Source of the DNA: a virus
Direction: 5' to 3' (one strand)
IMG/VR virus record: IMGVR_UViG_3300032214_000566
Location: 1 to 64,000 of that record
DNA: 64,000 nucleotides
How positions within the stretch are numbered: the stretch's first letter is position 1; every line of letters starts with the position of its first letter. The notes beneath the pieces are model-generated. The model saw only the letters and a list, made by a program, of their open reading frames with translations. It was not told where the DNA came from and did not search any database. Made by a program: the position numbers and the translations under genes. Shown one piece after another: positions 56,121 to 64,000 of the stretch.

Positions 56121-58790
56121 TTAACAAGTGAACTTTGTGATTATTATACCATCCCCGTCTACTTGTACAACATTTCTTGTAGTTATTGGACAACTATTTG
56201 ATAAATAGATTCTTGCCCATCCGCCATTTTTAGGGTCTAAGTTAGTACCAACATATCTAGTCGTTAATGTCGGATTAGTGTAAACAACATTACCTAAATT
56301 AATTGTGGCTCCTGTAGTATATAATTGAACATTACATGGTGAGTCAATACAAATATCTTCATCTGCAGTGTTATAATATTCTCCATTAGTATACCAAGCA
56401 ACACCAGCATAAGTTGGAGTTGGTGTAGGTGTTGGTGTAGGAGTTGAACTAATAGTTGGTGTAGGAGTTGGGGTTGGTGTCATTGTAGGAGTTGGGGTTG
56501 GTGTTTTAATTTGGTCGCAACTTATATCATAAGTTATAGATAATTCCAATTTAAAATAGTTATTACCCATTTGGTCACAATCACAAACTATGATTAATAC
56601 ATTATTTAATACATTAACCGTATATGATGTGATTTGTGGAATACTTCCTAATATGGTTTCTATCGCTCTTTGCCAAGCTCCGTCATCACTGTATATAAAG
56701 TTTTGAGTTGTTGCGGAACCATTTATCGTAAAGACCGCCTCTAAAACCGCAGTATTTAAAATACAATTAGTATATCCCGTAGTTAAATCAATAAATCCTT
56801 CATTTAACATTTTAGAAATCGATCTCTTAGTTCCTGAAGTATTAACAAAAGTTTTATTAAATATATTGTATCTTGACCTACCCGATACTATTACTTGATT
56901 ACATGTTATTGTAAAAGGCCAATAATTAGTACAACCGTCACTATCAGTAATAGTTACATCATATGTCCCACCTGAAAGACCTGTTACAGTACTTCCCGTA
57001 CTCCCTGATGGTGTATTATCAGACCAATTATATGTGAATGGTGGTGTGCCTTCAAAAATAGTTACAGTTGCTACACCATCATTAGCATTTTTACATTCTG
57101 TTTTAGTAAGTGTGGTTGATAAACTGCCACTTAAGGGTACGTTCAAATTTAAAGACACCGTACAATTTTCAGAATCGGTAACTTGTAATATATAATCACC
57201 AGGAGTTAAATAATTAAATGTGTAGGAACTAAACGGCACATCAATTAAATTTTGTCCATTACTTAAAACATAATCCAAAGGAGCGGTATACCCCGTACCA
57301 ACTTCAACCGATATTACTCCGTTTGGTGACCCGCAAGAAGATGGTGTTGTTGTGGCTGTTAAATTAAATTTATCAACAGCACTTATTTCAATCGTTTCTG
57401 TGTAAAGACAACTACTTGATTGTCCTGAAATTTTTAATAAATAAGTATCAGAGACTAAATTACCGAACGTTACATTTTGATTTTGAGTGTATTCCTCATA
57501 AACAACATTCGTATTTTGACCCGATAATGAGTATAAATAAAATCCATATAACCCAGTAATTGTTGTTTTTAAAGATGCGTTGTTTTTACTACAAATAGAG
57601 TTTGTTATTACATTTTTGACATCCCTAAAACCATTTACAGTATTAAGTGTTGTTAAAATATTTAAAGTACAGAAATTAGCATCTTTTACCAAAATAGAAT
57701 AGTCCCCACTTGGTAATCCACTTATCGTGAAAGTGTCTGATAGTGTAACTCCAAAGTTACCAGATGACGCAGAATAATAGAAAGGTACTGTACCACCCGT
57801 TAAAGTTATCTCTATTTGGCCGTTACTATCAAAACAACTTGGTGTTGTGTTATTTATTAACCCAATACCTAATTGTTCGGCGGACCCGACATAACTGGAT
57901 TTTGTTACACCACAACCTTTAACATCAGTCACAGTTACTGAGTATTCACCAATAGTTAACCCTGTTATTGTTTGACCTGTATTTCCATTAGACCATAAAT
58001 ACGTATAAGGACCGACACCTGTAATACCAGTCACCGCCAATTTACCCGTATCCAATAAACATCTCGATGTATCAACTTTCCATAGACCAAAATCAAGTTC
58101 AGTACTCGCCGAAATAACCACATTTTCAGTTCTTGCTGTTGTAATACTATCATCCGATATTAAAACGTAATAAATACCCTCATCTAACTCTGTAAAGGTA
58201 TATGGGAATGTTTCAGCTGTCTCAATTAATAATAATGATTCATCTTTATATAATAATAAATCATATGGTGGGAAAAGTGACGTACCACTAACAGTTAGGT
58301 ATCCATTTGTTAACCCACAATTGGTCCCGTTAGCGTCTATAATATTGCCTTCATTACAAGTCCCGACAGCAATATTGATGTATGTTTCGGCGTTTTGATA
58401 ACCTAAAGTATCATTTAACCTAAACACATATGTCGTGGCACTAAGACCGGTATATGTAATTTCAGTAGTACCTGTTTGTGTACTTAATCCGTGACCAATA
58501 GGGTATATAGGGTCAACCGTGTACGGTGGATAACCACCTGTTGGGTTTATGACTATAGTTCCCGTCGGTGAGTCACACGTACCCGTTACGGTAAAATAAT
58601 ACCCAATAACAGGTAAATCAATACAGTTAGACGTACAAGTACTTCCAGAGTCAATAACTACGTTTACAACACTTCCGGAATATGATTGATTAAGACATAC
58701 GGTTTCTCCGGAAGATACACCAACTCTAGCAACCCCACAACAATCTATATAAGAGTAAACACCATTAGTATATCCAGTAATACAAGCCAT
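56121..58790 (-). CDS. Multi-SprB-repeat virion protein with a C-terminal PT linker
   Basis: Repeated units such as GPYTYLWSNG..ITGLTIGEYSVTVTDVKGC; TPTPTP near the C-terminus. Confidence 0.8.
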   Translation of the reverse strand: MACITGYTNGVYSYIDCCGVARVGVSSGETVCLNQSYSGSVVNVVIDSGSTCTSNCIDLPVIGYYFTVTGTCDSPTGTIVINPTGGYPPYTVDPIYPIGHGLSTQTGTTEITYTGLSATTYVFRLNDTLGYQNAETYINIAVGTCNEGNIIDANGTNCGLTNGYLTVSGTSLFPPYDLLLYKDESLLLIETAETFPYTFTELDEGIYYVLISDDSITTARTENVVISASTELDFGLWKVDTSRCLLDTGKLAVTGITGVGPYTYLWSNGNTGQTITGLTIGEYSVTVTDVKGCGVTKSSYVGSAEQLGIGLINNTTPSCFDSNGQIEITLTGGTVPFYYSASSGNFGVTLSDTFTISGLPSGDYSILVKDANFCTLNILTTLNTVNGFRDVKNVITNSICSKNNASLKTTITGLYGFYLYSLSGQNTNVVYEEYTQNQNVTFGNLVSDTYLLKISGQSSSCLYTETIEISAVDKFNLTATTTPSSCGSPNGVISVEVGTGYTAPLDYVLSNGQNLIDVPFSSYTFNYLTPGDYILQVTDSENCTVSLNLNVPLSGSLSTTLTKTECKNANDGVATVTIFEGTPPFTYNWSDNTPSGSTGSTVTGLSGGTYDVTITDSDGCTNYWPFTITCNQVIVSGRSRYNIFNKTFVNTSGTKRSISKMLNEGFIDLTTGYTNCILNTAVLEAVFTINGSATTQNFIYSDDGAWQRAIETILGSIPQITSYTVNVLNNVLIIVCDCDQMGNNYFKLELSITYDISCDQIKTPTPTPTMTPTPTPTPTISSTPTPTPTPTPTYAGVAWYTNGEYYNTADEDICIDSPCNVQLYTTGATINLGNVVYTNPTLTTRYVGTNLDPKNGGWARIYLSNSCPITTRNVVQVDGDGIIITKFTC

Positions 58791-58810
58791 AATTTTTTAA
58801 TTTTTTTTAT

Positions 58811-61801
58811 CTAAGAACACTCTACACTAACGTCGATAGAAATGTCTAAGTTTAATGTGTTATTCATAAAATCATCATAACAAGTAGTGTTGTAAATAGT
58901 TAGAACACCACCCACAAATGAGTAATCTAATCCTTGTTGGTATAAAGTCGATAATGACGAGTCAATGGCATTTATTACCATATCATAAGTTAAAGATGAC
59001 CCATCTAACTGACTCAAGGCGTTTGTACCGTCACCAATAAAGAATTGTTGATTAATTAATGTTTGTTCAACACCTGTTATATTATTAATCATAGATAGCT
59101 CAACATACCAAGTCGATACTACCGTATTGTTATTACATTGTGCAGGGTCTATACCTTGTCCAACGATTGTATTATATATTTCAGTACCTAAAATAGTTAT
59201 AGGGTCAAAGAAAGGTAAAGTACTTGTTATTGATTGGTCATTACAATCTAAAGCACCTGCGGAACCTTCAAATGAAGACGTAATTTCAGGATTAGGTCCG
59301 ATATCAGTACACCCTCTTTGTCTTTTCCATGCCACTTTTTGTCTATGGAATATAGAATTATCCATTTTTTGACCTGTGTTCCATATTGTGGTTGCAGGTA
59401 CGAATTGTTCTGTTAATCTAACCCAATAATCACCAAGACCCAACGTATAATCTATCATTTTTTGATAGGTAAAGTCATTAAATGGTAAGGTCGTGTTTTG
59501 AGTAGTTTCTAAATACTTCCAAAAAATATATTGTAAGGTTGGATATCCACCTGTTTTACCGTCAAAAATATATTGTCTATTTCTAACATTAATTAAATTA
59601 TTATAGAATGACTGTGCAAACTCCAAGAATGTTTTTTGATTTGGTTTAGGATTAATGTATGTCCAATCAACATTACCAGGTGATGGGTATGGTGATGTAA
59701 GTCCTGTGTTTGGTATAGGATAACCATATTTAGAGGACATCTCCCATATATCATATGTAATACCTTGACCCATGTTAAGGTATAATTCCATATTTTTAAC
59801 GTTAATCGCTAAACTATCATTTTCAATTAAATAATTTGTTTCAGATAAATTTTGAGTACTTTTTCTTTTACCCACATCTTCAACTTTCCAAGATTTTACA
59901 TTGTCTATTGTTCTGGTTAACCCATAACCTAAATCTAAAAAAGGAAACTTAATGTACCTATCCAAATACTCTTGACCGTATGTGAATGGTAATAGTTGTG
60001 AACTAAATACAGGTATTTGTGAATTAAGTTCAGATGTTGAAAATTGTATAACTTCAGGTGATCTATGCTCGGGAGTCGCCTCAAACCAACCCGCACCTTT
60101 TTGGAAAAAATAATCCTCCGTGAACACGGGACTTTCAGGATACCCATCAAGTAATGAAATAGCATAATCAGCAAGTGTAGTTCCAACTGACACTAATCTA
60201 GAATTAGCAGTAAATCCTGTATATGTTACACCTTGTATTGAGAATGTGTTTGCAGTATCATAAGATGTTATCTTATCTATTTTAGTTCCTCCAGAAATTT
60301 GAGCAAATTGATTAGTAAATTCGTCTACTGAAATTTTTTGGTCAGCAATATAGATATACTCATTGAACTCTATTAGTTGCTCGGGAGCACCTATTAACCT
60401 TAGAATATATTCTATAGATTGTCTTGTACCTTTTGATTTATAAAGGAATGCAGAATTTAAAATTAGATTTCTAAAATACTGATAATTAATCTCAGCAGGT
60501 GTTTGTTCTTTAGATTGACCAGGATATATCACATCATTAGTTGTGGTATATATTGTGTTTAATAAATCGTCATTCGTGATTGGTGAAATTGCAGTTTTCC
60601 AACCTAAAGTTTCCGCCAAATTTGAGAGTAACTCCGATGGTATATCATTACCCACAATATAATTAACCGAATTCATGTTCGCTAATGAGTCTATAAATTT
60701 CTTGGTCTCGTCAAAACTTCTACCATAAATCTGTAAAACCTTTTCAATTTTTTGGTCAGGTGTGTCGAACTCTTTTAAACTTCCTGAAGTTAAAAATCTA
60801 CTTAATAAATTTGTTTTATATTCATCAAGTTTTTCGGCAATTGTTTGTATATTTGTTAAATAATTATCAAAGTTAGCCGTAGAAATGTCTAAATTCCAAA
60901 AACCATCAGTTTGCCAAGTTAATAATTTGGTTATCATAATGTAGTTACCGTCACTGTCGTAGTCAGGGTATTGGAACTTAGATGTGTATTTAGGATAAAC
61001 GTTTCTATTTAAAATGTAATCTTCAACCTCATCAAATGAGTCTTGGAATATCTGTTCAGTAACTAAATTATTAGGTTTTAATAAAATAGATTGTACTGTA
61101 TTTGATGACGTAAACGGTTTCCCTTCAACGATTATATTAATCGTACCAGCAGTTAATGATGTTGTAGGTTCAAAATCCGTTATTTTATATTCCGTTGTTA
61201 AGTCATTAGTATATAACGAATAACTTCTAAAATATGTCGTTAAATTTCTGTATTTATTAACTTTATACGGTCTTACCTGAATGTTAAGTGTCGCGTTTGT
61301 AGTATAATCAATATCAAAAGGATTTTTAAAAAATTGTACATCAACATCAAAAGAAGTTTCATTTTCAACCGGATCGTAAACAATATTAAATGCGGTATAT
61401 CCCGTACTCAAACTATAATTCTGTTGGTCTATTTGTATTGCCGCAGGAAAATTATTAATTACTTTAGTTATGGATGCCGATAATCTTTTTTGTAATGAAC
61501 CATAAAGAGAAAAACTTGTAATTTGTGCTAAATCAAAATTAGGGTAAACTTTAAAGTTTTTTTCTATTATTTTTTTAGCTTCAGCAACATCAGTTATATT
61601 TAAAGTATCTAACGTATAGGGATCAGAAAACACACCAGTGTCAAATGTTCTATCTATTTTTTCGTATATAGCACTTGTAAATTGAAAATTACCTTGTGTC
61701 AGACCTCCTCCATTAACGACTTGGAACCCTACCAAATCATCGGAAAACGTACCTGACCCTACAGGTGCCGGTGATGGACATATGTATTTAGTAACTGCCA
61801 T
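58811..61801 (-). CDS. Baseplate wedge / tail protein I-like structural protein
   Basis: LAETLGW...RNLILNSAFLYKSKGTRQSIE motif; FVPATT. Confidence 0.7.
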   Translation of the reverse strand: MAVTKYICPSPAPVGSGTFSDDLVGFQVVNGGGLTQGNFQFTSAIYEKIDRTFDTGVFSDPYTLDTLNITDVAEAKKIIEKNFKVYPNFDLAQITSFSLYGSLQKRLSASITKVINNFPAAIQIDQQNYSLSTGYTAFNIVYDPVENETSFDVDVQFFKNPFDIDYTTNATLNIQVRPYKVNKYRNLTTYFRSYSLYTNDLTTEYKITDFEPTTSLTAGTINIIVEGKPFTSSNTVQSILLKPNNLVTEQIFQDSFDEVEDYILNRNVYPKYTSKFQYPDYDSDGNYIMITKLLTWQTDGFWNLDISTANFDNYLTNIQTIAEKLDEYKTNLLSRFLTSGSLKEFDTPDQKIEKVLQIYGRSFDETKKFIDSLANMNSVNYIVGNDIPSELLSNLAETLGWKTAISPITNDDLLNTIYTTTNDVIYPGQSKEQTPAEINYQYFRNLILNSAFLYKSKGTRQSIEYILRLIGAPEQLIEFNEYIYIADQKISVDEFTNQFAQISGGTKIDKITSYDTANTFSIQGVTYTGFTANSRLVSVGTTLADYAISLLDGYPESPVFTEDYFFQKGAGWFEATPEHRSPEVIQFSTSELNSQIPVFSSQLLPFTYGQEYLDRYIKFPFLDLGYGLTRTIDNVKSWKVEDVGKRKSTQNLSETNYLIENDSLAINVKNMELYLNMGQGITYDIWEMSSKYGYPIPNTGLTSPYPSPGNVDWTYINPKPNQKTFLEFAQSFYNNLINVRNRQYIFDGKTGGYPTLQYIFWKYLETTQNTTLPFNDFTYQKMIDYTLGLGDYWVRLTEQFVPATTIWNTGQKMDNSIFHRQKVAWKRQRGCTDIGPNPEITSSFEGSAGALDCNDQSITSTLPFFDPITILGTEIYNTIVGQGIDPAQCNNNTVVSTWYVELSMINNITGVEQTLINQQFFIGDGTNALSQLDGSSLTYDMVINAIDSSLSTLYQQGLDYSFVGGVLTIYNTTCYDDFMNNTLNLDISIDVSVECS

Positions 61802-62709
61802 TAACTAATTATGTTTGTAAAGTTTTTACTGAAGTCTATATTAGTACCTCTATCTTGTCTAACCTCATACAATAATTCATTAAAGTTATCTCTAACTTCA
61901 AATAAGTTATATTGTTTATAAATGTTACCCGCAGTATCATATAACGTATATACACCATCATCAATACTTTTAGTTTGGTTACCATAAAGGGCAATTGCTA
62001 ACGTATCAATATCATAATTAGATATTTGAATATCCAAAGTAACAGGATTAAAGAATGTGTTAGTAATAATAATATTTTGATTTGGTTGTCCAATAAATGG
62101 TGTCGCATTTGGTTTATTCGTAGGTGATGATGATGGTGATAAAGTACAAAATACTAAATTACTTGACCCTTCAGTATACCTATAACGAATAGTTTTTTGT
62201 GATGTATTTGTTTGGTTAGTTACAACAGGTTCGCAGAAAAATGCAGAAGTCACTATTCTAAAAAAATTAGGTATTTTTGTTCCGTCTGAATTTAAATACT
62301 CAACTCTAAACCCAACAAGACCTTGGTTAACGAATTTATTCCTATATTGTTGTGGTACATTATTAACGTCTATCACTATACCTTTAACATTCGGTAAAGC
62401 AGATAAAACCCCACAATCGGTAATTTTAGTTCTAATCTCAGCAGGTCTAACATACAACGTATATATACCAACAGCATTAAACTCAGTTGCCGGTAATTTG
62501 AGGTTGTACAAACCACCTAATATTTCAACATTTTTTTTACCACCAGTAGAATCATTATGATAATATGGTGTAAGTAATGTTGCCGCATTTAATTTTTTAA
62601 GTGTAAAATTAGTGGTTACGTCTCGGGAAGGAGTATAATGTAATATAATCTCCACATCCTGTGGTGAAACGTCCGCTGGTCTTACTGTTCCGTATGCTCC
62701 TAAAGCCAT
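61801..62709 (-). CDS. Putative virion structural protein
   Basis: Structural-module context; TATTTATA at 62722. Confidence 0.65.
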   Translation of the reverse strand: MALGAYGTVRPADVSPQDVEIILHYTPSRDVTTNFTLKKLNAATLLTPYYHNDSTGGKKNVEILGGLYNLKLPATEFNAVGIYTLYVRPAEIRTKITDCGVLSALPNVKGIVIDVNNVPQQYRNKFVNQGLVGFRVEYLNSDGTKIPNFFRIVTSAFFCEPVVTNQTNTSQKTIRYRYTEGSSNLVFCTLSPSSSPTNKPNATPFIGQPNQNIIITNTFFNPVTLDIQISNYDIDTLAIALYGNQTKSIDDGVYTLYDTAGNIYKQYNLFEVRDNFNELLYEVRQDRGTNIDFSKNFTNIIS

Positions 62710-62744
62710 TTGTTTTTTATTTATAAATAGTTTATGACACTTTT

Positions 62745-63827
62745 TTAAGCAGTGTTAATTTTATAATATCCGTAACCATATTTAACAAGGTCACCTATAT
62801 TATCCACTTCATTAAGTCTTTGTAAAGGCTCAAAAGCCGAATACTGACCTCTTTCAACAACAATATCCGATTGTACTTCAGGATCCATTACAAAATCCAA
62901 CAAATATTCATTTTTAGTCAATGCTGAAACCACAATATCATTATCTGTAATTCCTGAAGACCCAACAACATAATATGTTTTCCCGTCATTGGTGTCAAAG
63001 TACTCAATGTTATTAATAGTATACGCAGTATATTCATTTGTAATTTGACTAACATAACCTATAGAACCATTTGATAGTGACATGATATAACCGACTGTGA
63101 ATGGTTGTGGTCCCCATCTTCTTAATAATTCTAATTGTGAATTAGTATATCCAGAAACAGGGAATGGGATAGTTGTATATGTACTTGATATCTGTGATTG
63201 TACATTATTTTCAGAGTCACCTGTAAAGATAAAATCTAAACTTAATTGTGTCCCTGACCAACTACCTCCTTGTGGTGTGAAAGTTATCCCACCTAATGGG
63301 TTGGTTATTGTTATACCTGTAAATGGTACTGAAACCGGTTTTTGGACCGTAGTTGTACCCCAAATATTTGTTTGTGATAAAGTTATTGTATAATTTTCAG
63401 GGTTAGACGCATAGATATGACTTTGGATTGTATTACCTAAAGTTAAACTAGGTCCTGTAGATCCGTCACCCCAATTAATTACGTATTCAGATTGTTGTAA
63501 ATAATTTTGGAAATTGTAACTGGCAGTATTATAGACATATACTTTATATTGGTTAATCGGGTCTCCTGATATTACGAAGTTAGTTACAACATCTATTTGG
63601 TCAATATACCCATCAAATGTAGAATAATAACCAATATCATTAATGTTTTGTGTAAACATAATAGGTATCGTTAATCCCGTTAATAACGAACCCCCATTTG
63701 TACCACCGCTAAGGACGTAACTTAATCCTGAATAAACATCAAACGTATTTGTTTGGTATGTCTCTAAGAACAAGTCGTCATTTAAAACTTCCGGTGAAAT
63801 TACTATATTTATTTTTTCAGGTGTCAT
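62745..63827 (-). CDS. Putative structural protein with PKD-like domain
   Basis: VINWGDGS...SHIY...YTITLS. Confidence 0.65.
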   Translation of the reverse strand: MTPEKINIVISPEVLNDDLFLETYQTNTFDVYSGLSYVLSGGTNGGSLLTGLTIPIMFTQNINDIGYYSTFDGYIDQIDVVTNFVISGDPINQYKVYVYNTASYNFQNYLQQSEYVINWGDGSTGPSLTLGNTIQSHIYASNPENYTITLSQTNIWGTTTVQKPVSVPFTGITITNPLGGITFTPQGGSWSGTQLSLDFIFTGDSENNVQSQISSTYTTIPFPVSGYTNSQLELLRRWGPQPFTVGYIMSLSNGSIGYVSQITNEYTAYTINNIEYFDTNDGKTYYVVGSSGITDNDIVVSALTKNEYLLDFVMDPEVQSDIVVERGQYSAFEPLQRLNEVDNIGDLVKYGYGYYKINTA

Positions 63828-64000
63828 TAAGGATTAACATATTCGTACCATTTTATCGGGGAATTAACAGTTCCCACTCTTGTAAGATTACCCACTTGAG
63901 GTTCATAAAAAACCTCATACTCAAAGGTCCCATAATTTAACTTATATTTGTAATAGAATGTTTTTTGTTTGTCTACGTTAAATCTTGATGCACCTGTAAA
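63827..64000 (-). CDS. C-terminal fragment of a structural protein (truncated by the window edge)
   Basis: Open frame ending PIKWYEYVNP*, TAATG overlap with the next gene. Confidence 0.65.
   Translation of the reverse strand, partial: FTGASRFNVDKQKTFYYKYKLNYGTFEYEVFYEPQVGNLTRVGTVNSPIKWYEYVNP

Noticed and set aside
1-64000. Stop-codon reassignment
   Set aside because: Genes are full length and densely packed in code 11 and end in TAA, TAG or TGA. No canonical suppressor tRNA was found.

Overview
A 64-kb, AT-rich, gene-dense segment of a large (jumbo-type, distantly T4-like) tailed phage genome, mostly coded on the minus strand with the standard genetic code. Several signals point to a Bacteroidota host: recurrent TAnnTTTG promoters, A-rich translation starts without Shine-Dalgarno sites, a Bacteroidota-type RpoD sigma factor, SprB repeats, DUF1573 and an Hc1-like protein. 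1-3.3 kb holds a tRNA array (Val, Lys, Pro, Ser, Gln, Thr, Arg), a tRNA-like RNA with a truncated anticodon arm and an HNH endonuclease. A leader peptide plus terminator precedes the array and looks like an attenuator. 6.5-7.4 kb is a ~820-nt structured ncRNA that I recognise as GOLLD-like, with an rrn-type boxA leader. 8-33 kb is accessory: a DHH-SET fusion, three DNA methyltransferases, glutamine synthetase II, a MetK-like relic, PcfJ and LRR proteins, DnaJ, an Hc1-like protein, a lysis-like cluster, a sigma-70 factor followed by a small RNA, and a methyltransferase-nuclease pair. 33-42 kb covers recombination and replication (SbcC/SbcD, exonuclease, primase, RuvC-like). 42-64 kb is a tail/baseplate module. 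The strongest candidate for a new system is a five-gene glycosyltransferase cassette led by a GT60-like polypeptide GlcNAc-transferase. It sits among virion proteins carrying mucin-like Pro-Thr tracts, Gly-Thr-Ser repeats and a pervasive [ST]-[GA]-x-T motif, which suggests phage-encoded O-glycosylation of the virion. All family assignments come from motif recognition by eye; no searches were run.
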